Assembly: GCF_006345805.1 (NCBI RefSeq)
Contig: NC_043009.1
Coordinates: 21,514,001-21,578,000 of the forward strand
Reading direction: 5' to 3'
DNA length: 64,000 nt
Source of the DNA: Octopus sinensis
Lineage: Eukaryota
The notes below the pieces were generated by a model. It searched no databases, was not told the DNA's origin, and worked only from the letters and a program-made list of their open reading frames with translations. Shown here piece by piece: positions 24,210 through 37,860 of the stretch. The position numbers and the translations under genes were made by a program. How positions within the stretch are numbered: position 1 is the stretch's first letter; every line of letters begins with the position of its first letter.

Positions 24210-26445
24210 CATACTAGTCAAATTGACTACATCCTCACTAGGAAACAAGAAAGACGACTACTTGTAAATGCCCAAACTTTCCCAGGTGAAGAATGTACCC
24301 CACAACATAGATTAGTAGTTAGCGACTTCAGGATCAGGGCTAAATGGATGCCCAGAAGACGACCAGAATGGAGGAGAAGGGTCTGGAAGCTTAAGGACCC
24401 TGCAAAAAGAGATTGAGAGACATATTACGCAAAGCTGTGGAAGACAACTGGAGGTTGCTACTGGACAACCTTTTGAGGGCTAGTGACCAGATCTGTGGAT
24501 GGTGCAAAGTTTCCTCTCAACCCAAGGTAACGTGGTGGTGGAACAATGTTGTTGACAGGGCTAGTAAGGAAAAGAAACAGGCTTTGAAGGACTGGAAGAC
24601 CGGTGATAGCAGGGAATTGTATCAGACTGCCAAAAGGGAAGCTAGGAGATAGGTTTATTTGGCCAGAGGGAAAGCAGATAAGGAAAAATTTGCCAATGTT
24701 CTGCGCCGTGATGACCAAAGACTTGAAGTATTTTCCTGTTGCCAGACAGTGTGTGAGAGAGAATCGCGATGTCCTTGGAGAGAAATGTGTCCTCATGGGT
24801 GACAGTTCACTTGCTTTAAATGAAGCTGCAAAGAGACAGGTTTGGAGACACCATTATGAAAGTTTGCTAAATAAAGTGAATGAATGTGAGAAAGAGAGTC
24901 TGCCGAATGCCGGCCCAACAGAGGGACCAGCTATCTATCTAAATTGACAGTGCCTTGGTAGGTAAAGCAATTAAGGGTATGAAGACAGGGAAAGCCCCCG
25001 GACAATCAGGAATCACCACAGAGATGCTCAAACTATCTGGTGGTGTCGGCTATAGCCTAGTCAACCAGGTGATACATGAAGGAGTCATACCCAATGACTG
25101 GTGTAGCAGCACCATAGTCAACTGCTAACAAAGGTAAAGGTGACGCATTAGATACAAATAATTACAGAGGTATCAAGTTGTTGGATCAGGTAATGAAGGT
25201 CACGGAGAGGGTCATAGCCCAAGTAATTAGGGAGAGAGGCAGTCTAGATGAGATGCAGTTTCGGTTCGTGCCAGGGGAAAGCACCACTGATGCTATATTT
25301 CTGATAAGACAGATGCAGGAGAAATAGCTAGTCCAAGATAAAACTCTGTACCTGGCTTTCATTGACAGGGTCCCCCGATCCCCTATCTGGTGGTCAATGA
25401 GGAGACTAGGGATGGATGAATGTTTGAGAGCTGTACAAGCCATGTACAGTAAGGTGATGGTTGGCAACGAGTACAGTGAAGAATATCGTGTAGGGGTAAG
25501 GGTCAACCTAAGATCAGTCCTCAGCCCCCTCTTATTCATTATAGTCCTCCAGGCAATAACAGAGGAATTCAAGACAGGCTGCTCCTCTATGCTGATGACC
25601 TTGCACTAATAGCAGAGTCACTGCCGGAACTGGAGCCAAAGGGTAGGGCGTGGAAGCAAAGTCTAGAATTGAATGGCCCTCGGGTTAACCTAGCCAAAAC
25701 CAAAGTTTTAGTTAGTGTGCAGGCTGTCAAATCACAAACTCCTCTGTAGAAAAGGCATTGGTAGAAACTCCATACGATGCACCCGGTGTAAGCTATGGAC
25801 ACATAAAAGGTGCAGCAATATCAAAGGAAGGTTAACTAGGAAAATTATTTCTTGTGTGTGGCAGATACAGTGGGGCAATAAACACTGAAGGTGTTCAGAA
25901 AACAGCTTCCATTACATGCCTGGGGAAGAAACTAGAAGTAGTAAATACTTTCTACTACCTAGGCGACCAAGTATGTAGTGGGAGTGATTGCTCTGCGAGC
26001 GTAGCAACTAGAGTAATAATAGCCTGGGCAAATTCAGGGAGCTCCTACCTCTGCTGGCAGCTAATGGCCCCTCACTCAGGGGGAAAGGTGGACTGTATGA
26101 TGCATGTGTGTGAGCTGCCATGCTATACGGTAGTGAAACATGGGCCATGAATGCCGAGGACATGCGTAAGCTTGCAGTATGCTTGAGTCAAGTAAAACCA
26201 ATACCGTAGCTGGGGGCCGGTGACCCGCTAGCTGGGTCCTGTGCCAATGGGACATAAAGAACACCCACTACACTCTCAGAATAGTTGGCATTAGGAAGGG
26301 CATTTAGCTGTAGAAATTATGCTAGACTAGATTGGAGCCTGTTGAAGCAGCTGGCTCTCCAAGATTTCAGTCAAACTGTCCAACCCATGCCATCATGGAA
26401 AACGGACGTTAATCGATGATGATGATGATGATGACGACGACGACG
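24210..26445 (+). pseudogene. Degenerate RTE-clade LINE (endonuclease end, RT, C-terminus, 3' UTR with (GAT)n tail)
   Basis: SQIDYILTRK..TFPGEECTPQHRLVV; YRGIKLL; QFRFVPG.STTDAIF; LSPLLFIIVL; LYADDL; tail GGAAAACGGACGTTAATCGATGATGATG. Confidence 0.85.
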
Positions 26446-27134
26446 GTGATTATATTAGTAATAAAGTTGGGTGCAGGCAAGCGATTTGTAGTAGAGAGCA
26501 ATAGCGTTTGGAGCGAGCAAAGAGTTGGCAGCTGGCGACGCGATCGATCGAAAAGCTGTCATCTCGGCAGTGATATCGCCCGCGAGTGTGTGTCCGGTAG
26601 CGTACGTAACACACGGACGCATCGCATTTATGCACGCGGCTAAGGCGGCTATTGCTCTCTAATAATCGCTTGCTTTTTATTTACTTAATGCATTCTTCAC
26701 TTCGGCATACTGGGCAGAGATCGCATCGCATTCATGAACGCATTAGCTGTCTATCACCACCTTAGCTATCATAAACAAACACAAGTTCATGTATGATATT
26801 AATCTTTCTTCTACTTCAATTATTACATGGTTTTCTCTTATAAAAATACACACATACAGGAGAAGTAAATTATACATATAATACTTTAAATGTGGCTCTC
26901 GATAAACAGTCAAAGTAATTACCTGATCAACAATGGGTGACCAAATCTGATTTTCTACCTTGCAGTTAAGCAGATTCAATGTTTTAAAAATATCACTCAA
27001 GTAGAATATTTTTTTAAAACTCAGAATGTCTTTCCAAAATTTTCTTAGCTGTATCAGCTTGTCTTGGAGTTGTAATGAGTCATCTGACTCTTGAACATGA
27101 AAAAGTGAATTAATGGCTCCCACAAATTCACTAG

Positions 27135-28110
27135 TCTTTCAAGGTTCAGGCCTTTTGACCCATCTTACTTCTGTGTGAAGCAATAGGGTTTTAAAATCTT
27201 CATCTTCACAGAATTGCATAAAAAATCTATTATTCACAGAGTTTGATTTGACAATGTTATTTGTATGTATGGAAGTGTTGAGTGCGTTTTCCATGTGTCC
27301 ACCAATATTCTTAGCAACCACATGCTGTCTGTGGATAATGCAACGTATATTTAAAATGTGAGGAGCAACTGATTTCATTCTAGAAACAAAGCCTTTCACT
27401 TTTCCAGTCATGGCTGCAGCTCCATCTGATGCAGTGTTGATCAAATTAGTCGATGGAATATTTTTATCATTAAAATACTGCATTACTTCATTGAATATAT
27501 CTTCTCCATTAGTTTTTTCAGAAAAAACTTTTAATGAATAACATTTCTTCCCTTATATTATCATCATGGTTGAATCTGACATAGACCAGAAGGATAACTT
27601 GGTTATGAATTGTGCTATCATCAACCTGGATAGAAAAATTGGTCGTTTGGAGAATTTCCACAATCTTCTTTCTCCTCAACAAAATTAGACATTTCATCCT
27701 GTCTTCTTGTAATTGTGCTATTTGAAAGTGGAATTGTACTCAGAGTAGATGCAGCATCTTTTCCCAGAACCTCATTTGCACAAGCTATCATAGCAGGCTT
27801 GACAAGATTCTCACCTTAAATCTGAGGTGCTGCAACCTTAACAATAATTTCAGAAACCAAATAACTTGGTTTGAGTGTCTTTACTTTTTCAATATTTATC
27901 TTCTTTACAAAGTCAGGTAGTTTGATTAGCTGTATTTTCTTTTTATTCTCAAAATATTCCCGACCTTTACCAACAGATGATGGATGCCTTAATTTCTGGT
28001 GCTGCTCCAGCTTAAATTTCTTCATGGAATAATTTGTCATGATGGAATTACATTCAAGATACATAGGTTTTGAGTCTACAGATACAAATCTTCTTTGTAT
28101 TTCTTCAGTT
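27135..28110 (-). pseudogene. hAT transposase of the Charlie/Buster (SCAND3/ZBED-like) group, fragmented
   Basis: BED-like start MKKFKLEQH...HP; IPLSNSTITRR; SDGAAAMTG; CIIHRQH; LLLHTEVRW. Confidence 0.9.
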
Positions 28111-29274
28111 TTGCCTTTTTAGCAGTTGGTTCAGATATTATTACAACTGATCTTAAAAAAAATTAAAATAATAAATATTTTATTTCTATAAATTTAAAGT
28201 ATCAAATTTATTATTAAACGATATTATGTAGTGATCTATTAAAAATATCGAATTTAAAAATATCGAAACTGTTGTGATTATAAAATTTAAATTATGTAAT
28301 TCTTGATTGTAATATATTATTGATTATATATTATACATTATTGATTCTTATGGAATAATTATTGAATTTTGTTTTCTTATTATTATTCTGTCTTCATATA
28401 AATTATTATTAACTAACAGTGTCTTTATTATCGAACAATATTGTGTAGATCTGAAATGGCTTCAATTTTTTTATGATGACTACATGATGACACTTCACAT
28501 TATTGAAATATTGGGAATAGGAACTAGATCATCTGATGATGTTAACACTTGACAGAGTGGCTTCCTCTCCATGTAGCGAGGAAGATTTTAATTGATATGT
28601 TTCTCCTTTTAGCATTTAAACCGGCCATATCTGGCCCAAATATTCTACCTCTTTTATGTTCAAACCGGTCAGGCCTGGCCTCTTGCACCATCCTAGAAAG
28701 TCAATCTAAAAATAAGCAATCAGATCAATGAAATCTCAAGGCTACAGGTAATGCATGATTAATTCAAAGCAATGTGAATAAACAATCTGAATGTTAAGGA
28801 GTTAAGATGAAACAAGAATTGAACACTGGTTTTTAACAGTGATGTCAGAGATCTTTTAAATTGAAATACATTACTTTTAATATTGAAACAAACTACTGTA
28901 ACAATGTGAAACAAAATAATTGCATTCTTACTTGAACCAAAATCCATCATTCTCAGTATCATAAATAAAGGTGCCAGTCGCACCTCAGTGCTTACATGTT
29001 TGTCTTGTCTAATAAATGGAAGATTACTGAACATAAGACACTTGGGTCACTCAGCCAAGTTTCATCTGAGCAATATATGTGAAAGTTCTGGAAATTTGTG
29101 ACCTTTTTGTATTTCAAATAATGTGCAAGTCTGAGAATAATATACATTGTTGGATACAGACATATATAAACTTATATATTTTAGATTTTCTCAAAAAGTC
29201 TAACAATTGCTGACTAATATAACTAGCTTCTCTATTACTGCCTGTGTCTCTCCTCTCTTTGTTATTCTATCTAA

Positions 29275-29594
29275 AAGACTCCGCCGGTTACGACGACGAG
29301 GGTCCCAGCTGATACGATCAACGGAACAGCTTGCTCGTGAAATTAACGTGCAAATGGCTGAGCATTCCACAGACACGTGTACCCTTAACGTAGTTCTCGG
29401 GGAAAATCAGCGTGACACAGAGAGTGACAAGGCTGACCCTTTGAAATACAAGTACAACTCATTTTTGCCAGCTGAGTGGACTGGAGCAACGTGAAATAAA
29501 GTGTCTTGCTCAGGGACACAACGCGTCGCTGGGAATCGAACTCACAACCTTACGATCATGAGCCGAATGCCCTAACCACTAAGCCACGCGCCCT
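29275..29594 (-). mobile_element. Full-length tRNA-derived CORE-like SINE
   Basis: GGCGCGTGGCTTAGTGGTTAGGGCATTCGGCTCATGATCGTAAGGTTGTGAGTTCGATTCCC, then GTTGTGTCCCTGAGCAAGACACTTT. Confidence 0.85.
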
Positions 29595-30139
29595 CTATTC
29601 TATCTACAGATAGGTTTGTGTGTGTAGTTCTTATATATACACATTCATACATTACCTCTTTTACTTGTTTCAGTTATTGAACTGTGGCCATGATGGGGCA
29701 AAACCTTGAAAGGTTTAGTGAAACTAATTGCGCCCACTACATATTTTTAAGTTTGTTATTTATCAGTGTTGTTTGCTAAACCGTGAAGTTGCAAGGACAT
29801 AAACAAAACAACACCAATTGTTAATTTGGGATAGGGACAAACACAAAGACATTGTCTATGATGCTACTGGATCAACTAAAATATGTTACCCCCTACTATA
29901 TTATTGAATAGTTTTTCTCCTGTTTGTTATACCAACTACACCCTCACACACACAAATACATTTTTTGTAAGGTGGTTGGTGTTAATTCCAGACACAGAAA
30001 CTTATGTTGCAAAGAGAAAGTATGAACAAAATGTAGTCCTGCAACTCAGTTGGGAGTGGAGGTGGAGGCACTGGCTCAGTTCTGCCCAACAAATGCCAGC
30101 ATAGAAAAGTGATGATAATGCGGATCATGAATATCATCA

Positions 30140-30335
30140 TCGTCATCATCATCGTTTAATGTCCGTTTTCCATGCTAGCATGGGTTGGACGGTTCAACCG
30201 AGATCTGGGAAGCCAGAAGGCTGCACCAGGCTCCAGTCTGATCTGGCAGTGTTTCTACAGCTGGATACCCTTCCTAATGCCAACCACTCCGTGAGTGTAG
30301 TGGGTAATTTTTACGTGCAACTGGCACAGGTGCCA
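30140..30335 (-). mobile_element. RTE 3' tail fragment
   Basis: (ATC)n then GTTTAATGTCCGTTTTCCATGCTAGCATGGGTTGGACGG; homologous to 26330-26445 and 53221-53549. Confidence 0.75.
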
Positions 30336-30356
30336 GGCAAGCATACAGTAAACGTG

Positions 30357-32397
30357 GCCAGTTTAGCATACAGTAAACGTGGCCATTTACAATTTAGTAT
30401 GCTATCTGTTGCCAATTCTAGACCATAGCTCTAACCCTAACATAAACCATAACAAGCCATAGTCTACATAGTTACAAGCAGATAGACACTCTACTGACCT
30501 TCTCACCTTTATCTCATAATTTTGTTGATCCAAACACCTGATTAATAATTAAAGAAAGTAGTTATTTTACTAAGACTGTTCAAATTGATTATGTGTATTT
30601 CATTGGGAACATGACTATAAAAGAATTTAGCATCAAATTTGATTTCAACTTACATTTTCCACAGCTATTCTAACAACAGTGTAATAATACTTCTGTAACC
30701 TCTCAGAGGAAACATGACTCCTCCTTCACTCCTCTCCACCATTCATTTATGGTTTGAGAATAATTCTATAATTGTTGTAAACTGGAATGGAACTTACTCT
30801 CTTTCTGCTCACATCCATTCTCCATTTAATGCTACTTGGTTTGCATCTTTTAGAGAGATAGATTAGATATAATAAACTCAAAGAGCAACTAGAAAGTGAA
30901 AGTAGTATCTAACTTAGGATGTCTCATAGATAGTGGTGGCAATGGTGTTGGAGGTGGTAGATGTGGTTATCATGGCAGTGGTGGTGGTGGTGTAGTGGTG
31001 ACAGTGGATGTGTATGAGGGCAGCAATTATAGTGTTGGTGTTTTTGTAGAGGTGGTGGTGGTGGTGGTGGCGGCGGCAGTGGATGATGATGATAATGATG
31101 ATGATAGTAGTAGTAGCATTGTTAATGTTAGGATGTCTCATGGATAGTAGTGTTGAAAATATTGCAGAGTGTAGTGGTGGTGAAATTGGTGATTTTGAAT
31201 ACGATCCTGGTATTGGTCTTGGGGTTGTGGTTGCAGAAGATGGTTGTGGTGGTGGCATTGGAGGTTGTAGTAATGGTTGTAGTGGTGGTTGTGAAGATGA
31301 TTCTGATATTGATAGTCTTTGCATTGAGGTGGTGGCAGAGTCAGAGTAAATAATAAGAGCCCCGTTAACACAAGATTCTTAAATTTCGGAGATCATAAGA
31401 TAGAGAGCAAGAAGTTAAAAGTTCCAATACTGGCCCAATTCCTACACCCCATATTCTTCAACTATTTTATAAGAAAGGGGTTAATAGCAGGATAGGGATT
31501 CAGCTTAAAAATAAATTGTATAACAAAAAATACATAAATAAATTACTGCTCCAACGATGTAATTTTAGTATGTGTGTATGTGTGTGTGTATGTATGGATC
31601 AAAACAGTTTGATTCAAATTCTGCGGTACTTATATATTCATACATACATATACATGTAGATGTATATAACATATATATATTGTATGTAAACATCTTTTAT
31701 ATATATATAATGTATGCATCTATAATACACACACATTATAAATATATACACATATATGCATATGCATTAGAATATGTGTGTATAGGTGTGTATATATATA
31801 TATATGCATATGTTTGTATACATGTGTGTGTGAGTGTGTGTGGGTGTAAAAATAAATATATGCATATATCAATATATGTGTTTGTGTGTATGTGTCAAAG
31901 TTTCAAATCCTATAAAGCAATGCAAACAATAGAAAATAATTTAAACGTGGCCATTTACAAACGAATAAGTTTCAAATTCTATAAAGCAATGCAAACAATA
32001 GAAAATAATTTAAACACTAATTTTATATATACTCAGCCTTTCAAAAGAATTTAGCTGTTTAGGATCTACTCAAATTTTATACGATGCCAAGCGAATTTAG
32101 CTGTTTACGATAAGCCGATGTTTACGTTACAAAACGAATAAGCAGAATGATATCAGCTCAAAACAAAGAATACCATTGGTTAAAATTCGAATAATTAAAC
32201 TACGTTAAACTTGGAAATTACAATTTCGTTTTCAATTTGGTTTACAATAATGTTTTCTTTTGACACATTCTACCAGTTTCAAATTGTTTAGTTAACTAGA
32301 AAATTCTGTCCATCTTTTAGAAAAGATCCGAGAAGAAGTACAATAAAAATAACAGTTCAAAAAAGTTCTTTTTAAAATAAACGATAGCTCGAAGAAG
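30357..32397. repeat. Inner right arm of inverted duplication
   Basis: Reverse complement of 20913-22944, with one ~45-bp indel in the low-complexity part. Confidence 0.95.
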
Positions 32398-32639
32398 CAT
32401 ATTACAGCATATTACGAGGTCACAGTACTTGATTCCACGCAAAAAATCAGAGTTCTTTTTTGTGTGAAAATTCCGGGGTGGGTGGGTTAATCCCCCCCCC
32501 CTCCGGACCAATTCCGAACCAAAATATGGGATTTCCAGCATATTAGGAGGTTAGGGTACTTGATTCCACGCAAAAAATCCGAGTTTTTTTTTTTTTTCTT
32601 CGTGAAAATCGTGCGGGTGTTAATCTGTAATTTTACCCA

Positions 32640-33114
32640 AAATTCAATATTTCACGACGAAAGACGTGACATCAAGCAGCAAGAACTCTCCGCCAAAAAA
32701 ACACGTCCGACTTTGACGAAGGTTAGCAAGCTACTTTATTTTATCTAATTTGCCACAGGGCCATTACACAGATGTAGCTTTGCGGGCTGGACATAGACAT
32801 TAATGGTATAAATGATGGTGATGGAACGAGGATGATGATGGGAGAAGACGAAAGCGCCCGCCGACTTCCGTTTCTCTAAAACAATGTTCTTTTTTCCACA
32901 AATCATAATGAGGCAATAAACCTCTTACAATGTTCTTTTAAAATATACAGAAAGTTCAGGTTTCAATATAATACAATGTTCCTTCAAATATACAAAAAGT
33001 AGAGGTCACCCGGCCGACCAGCGCTCTTGTTTCATCGAAGCACTCACTCAAAATAAACACGTCCGACTTCGACGAAGGTTAACAAGCTACCTACTACACA
33101 GCCACTCCTGCGCC
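32640..33114 (-). mobile_element. Deleted ORF1-only element (head + 3' UTR + next head) preceded by the 5' part of a SINE
   Basis: 33114->33077 reads GGCGCAGGAGTGGCTGTGTAGTAGGTAGCTTGTTAACC, directly followed by head TTCGTCGAAGTCGGACGTG. Confidence 0.75.
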
Positions 33115-33952
33115 TAATATATAATTATAAACCTATGAGAAAGGAAGAAAATCCTTTTATTTCATTGATTTACAGTTGTTTCATCGAAAATCATCTCGTG
33201 AGCATTACCACATTATCATGCAACAATATATGCAACCACTGATACATGAGGTGTCACAGAAACAAAATCGAAAATCGATTTTTCAGAATCATACATAATA
33301 ATTATTTGCTGCGGACACCTAAGTGAACGATAATTCACACCTATACATGTTACACACCAAAGAAAAAAAAAAAAAAACAGAACAAACCAGGTTGAGTTGA
33401 CCGGTCAAGAAGAATGATGAATTGTAAAAAAAAAAGTAAGAAAATAAAACATAAAACAAAAGTTTTTGCTTTTAGACAATATAATGAAATATGGTCTCGT
33501 CAACAGTATCTGTATTAAAGATACTTTGTAGTCTTTTTGTCTGCCACTTTATAGCAGTCAGCCGTAAAATTGGCATTAACGGAGTTGGATGGTTTTAACC
33601 ACAGTATCTAGCAGTTACACGAGATTATATCGACTCCAGTGCGTAACTGGTACTTATTTAATCGCACAAGGCGGCGAGCTGGCAGAAACGTTACCACGCC
33701 GGGCGAAATGCGTAGCCGTTGTTCGTCTGCCGTTACATTCTGAATTTAAATTTCGCCGAGGTCGACTTTGCCTTTCATCCTTTCGGGGTCGATAAATTAA
33801 GTACCAGTTACGCACTGGGGTCGATGTAATGGACTTAATCCGTTTGTCTGTCCTTGTTTGTCCCCTCTATGTTTAGCCCCTTGTGGGTAGTAAAGAAATA
33901 GGTACTTATTTAATCGCACGCGCAGAGGCAACAAAGAAAATAGATTTCCATT

Positions 33953-36900
33953 GTTATTCTAGGAAGAGAGTCTGGGAGAACAAAGAAACTGACAACAAAC
34001 ATCAAGATTGCTGTCTACAAGGCGTGCGTCCTTAGCACGCTACCTTGCAGCAGCGCGACATGGGGCCTCTACTTCAGATAAGTGCAGTATCTTCCACGTC
34101 TTCCACCTTCGTAGCTTGAGAATCATTTTGGATATCAAGTGGACCGACCGAGTTACTAACATTGAAGCCTTCAACCGCGCCAAGATGCCCAGCATATTCA
34201 CCCTGCTCCAACAGTGCCGTCCGCGCTGGCTCGGGCACATATATTTTATGCTGGATGGAAGGATCCCAAAAGGCCTCCTGCATCGGGAACTGGCCACCGG
34301 CACCAGAGCATGAGGACGACCTCATTTTCGCTTCAAGGAAGTCGGCAATAGAGATATGAAGTCAATAGATCTGGATGTCCTAAGATGGGAGGAGGTCACA
34401 AATGATCGCCAACGCTGGAGGCGAATACTACACAAGAGGATGGAGCGAGAGGAAGAGAAACTGAAACTTTCCCCCGCGCTCGAAGAAAGGAAAACTCGGT
34501 AGCACCGGTAGAGAATATCTTCAAATGCATTCGCTGCATGCAAGACTGTCACTCGCGTGTGGGTCTGTGCAGCCACAACCGACACTGCACTGCCATCAGC
34601 AGCTGACACAAAATTCTTCAGACGCAGAACCATGGTATTTCGAGACCCATGAATGCCTATCACAAATTCGTGGCATGTCCTACTTACTAACAACGAACAA
34701 ATTAATTAAAATTTAATTAAGTAAGCCTCAGCAGACATGGACATAAATGATATAATTTGTGCTTATAGAAATGAAAAATAAAAGGAAAAAAGTAAAAAAA
34801 ATTCTCTTCCTTCCTAGATTCATTCCAACTGAGTCCGTCAAATTTTCAAACATTTAGGACGTTCTGTTATAAATAAATGGTTTTAGATACACCGCTGTTA
34901 CACCAGCGAATACTTTCGTGAGGATACCAAAATATAAAGTATCACATTCCTTTTTGGAACATTCCTTCCAAACAGATGGTATACGTGCTCCAAACATATT
35001 TTAAGTTTTAAGTTAACTTCTTGAGTCATATAGATTCATAAGAACCGGTTTTCCGGTTTCTATGGCACATATAATATTCCCCCATCTGGACGGGACGCCG
35101 GTCCGTCGCAGGGCGACTCATTTCTGCCAGCTGAGTGGACGTGAGCAACGTGAAATGAAATGTCTTGCTGAAGAACACAACGCATCGCCCGATTCAGGAA
35201 TCGAAACCACAATTTTACGATAAGGAATTCAACACCTCAAGCCACGCGCCTCCAGCACGCCGGTCGATATGCTTAGCGTTATTTCGTCTGCCGCTACGTT
35301 CTGAGTTCAAATTCCGCCGAGATCGACTTTGCCTTTCATCCTTTCGGGGTCGATAAATTAAGTACCAGTTACGCACTGGGGTCGATGTTATCGACTTAAT
35401 CCGTTTGTCTGTCCTTGTTTGTCTTCTCTGTGCTTAGCCCCTTGTGGGTAGTAAAGAAATAGGTATTTCGTTCGTCTTCACGTTCTGGGTTCAAATTCTG
35501 CCGAGGTCGACTTTGCCTTTCATCCTTTCGATAAAGTACTGGGGTCGATGTGATCGTCTTTCCTCTCCCTCAATATTTCAGGCCTTGTGCCTATAGTAGA
35601 AAGGATTATTACAGAGCAATGGTTTTCAGCCCTTTTTCCCCCATGGACCTCTTTGATTCCTATTTTGTTCTACATGATTGCCATAGCCATTCAATTTTTT
35701 TTTTAAATCCGGTTATATTTTTATAATTAGATATTGTTAGAAGTTGTATAAAAAAGCATTTTGTGCATTGTTGAAGTATAACCAATTTTTGCACATAGTT
35801 TTTAACAACTAAAACTTTTATGGATCCCCAAAGGCCATATGGACCTCGGTTGAGAACCACTATTACAGTTTAGAAAACTTCGCAAAATGTGTTTCTGACG
35901 GTATCATCAACAACTATAAATTTTCTAATAAATATTTACCTCTGTACTTCTTAAAAGTTTTTCCGAACCCAAGGTGATATCTTATAATAAGTTCAGAACG
36001 TTTATTCAGATTTTCTTTAAATAATAAGATATGCAACACCTTTTCTAAACAAAGATTACATAACTTGCAATTTCTGTCATAAGGATATGCAATCATTACA
36101 GAAATGCTGTATTGAATCTCCCTTTGTGTCAAATGTTAACTAAAGAAGTATCATGTCTTGTGTTTATAGCACGAATTGACGCGTCGTGGTTATGCCATTG
36201 GTTTTTTTAAAATAATATCAGCTGTTGTGTCGACATAACCATATTCGCTTCCTTCAGTCAGGACAGAGAATTTATATCTGTTTTTACGGAGGCACTCGTT
36301 ACCCAAAGACATCACTTCTATTCCTGGAATTACATCTTCTAACATTTTTAATAGTTTTTTTTACTATATCAACTATGATGTCTGTCTGCTCCCTCAGCCC
36401 TACCCCTAACAGATATTGCCTTCTGTTCTCTCAGCCTTAGATATGCAAGGATTTGATAAACTAGTCTATAAATTAAAACTGACCCCATATAAACAAAAAA
36501 AATCAGTGACAGGCAGAGTCTGTAACAATGAATATCTTCTTGATACCTTAGTAACTTCTATGCTGGAGTGGAGACAGCATGTTTTTTGTCTATCTCCTTA
36601 ACTTCTTGGAGATTTTAGGTATAATTATACTAATGTGTCCATCTGTTCTAATTTAATTAAATTCTATGTCTTTGTGCAGCTGAGGATTGCTCTGCATTTT
36701 AAATTGATGTAATGATTGCATTGTTCAATTAAGTGGAGTTGCATGAAACGATCGTACTGCATTACCTCTGGATATCCTTGTTGCATATTTTGATTATATA
36801 TATATATATTTCTTAGATTGGTTTAATTTGTAATGTAATATAAGGAGTTTTCATTTTAATTTATATTATTATTTTAAAAATAAGTTTTTTTATTTTGTTT

Positions 36901-37570
36901 CAAGGTTTAGACTTTAAATTTCTAAATTTTTAGAGGTTTAATCTGAGTTTCTCAGATATGTTGAGATGGAAGGAATTTTTCCTGCAATTATTTTTCACTC
37001 GTTTTGATTTATTTATTTATTTATATGTAAGGGTAACTACTCTTTTACTCTTTTACTTGTTTCGGAGGACCCTGAGTGGCCTTCGCAGGTGGCTGCGGAG
37101 GTCATGGGATAGCGATCTGTGCAGGATCGTGAATTCCTTCCCGGAGGACTCCTATAGATTTGTACCTGTGTGGTCTTGCCTGGAACCGGCTGAGTGCTTC
37201 AATGAAGCAAGAGAGCTGGTCGGCCGGGTGACCTGAACATTTTGTATATTTTGAAGGAACATTGTATTATATTGAAACCTGAACTTTCTGTATATTTTAA
37301 AAGAACGTTGTAAGAGGTTTATTGCCTCATTATGATTTGTTGAAAAAAGAACATTGTTTTAGAGAAGCGGAAGTCGGCGGGCGCTTTCGTCTTCTCCCAT
37401 CATCATCTTCGTTCCATCACCATCATTCATACCATTAATGTCTATGTCCAGCCCGCAAAGCTACATCTGTGTAATGGCCCTGTGGCAAATTAGATAAAAT
37501 AAAGTAGCTTGCTAACCTTCGTCGAAGTCGGACGTGTTTTTTTTGGCGGAGAGTTCTTGCTGCTTGATGT
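33953..37570. repeat. Outer right arm of inverted duplication
   Basis: Reverse complement of 16820-20450 with scattered substitutions and indels. Confidence 0.95.
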
Positions 37571-37860
37571 CGTGAAATATTGAACTTTGAGGCTCGACTA
37601 CAGGTAGGCGTTTGTTGTATTTTTTTGAGGGCTTAGTGGAGTGTGTTACCCTGTATTTAATATTTTTTGGTGAGTAATAGACTCCACTCTGCTCCAGACA
37701 TTTGCCTGCCTGTGGCCGCCTATAAAGACTCACTTTGCAGTGAGAGTTGTGTTTTTGAGGAGGCGTAGCCCCTCTGCAAAAATTAATTTCTTTGCGAAAA
37801 TTATCTTCGTGTCTGCGGATTACCAAGGAGTAACAAGGCAGGAGGGACTGTTTTTGCAAA

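Noticed and set aside
33170-33505. Two minus-strand hammerhead-like remnants (CTCACGA...GAAACAACTGTA and TTGACGA GAC...GTC TAAA)
   Set aside because: Multiple core mismatches and no clear stem I.
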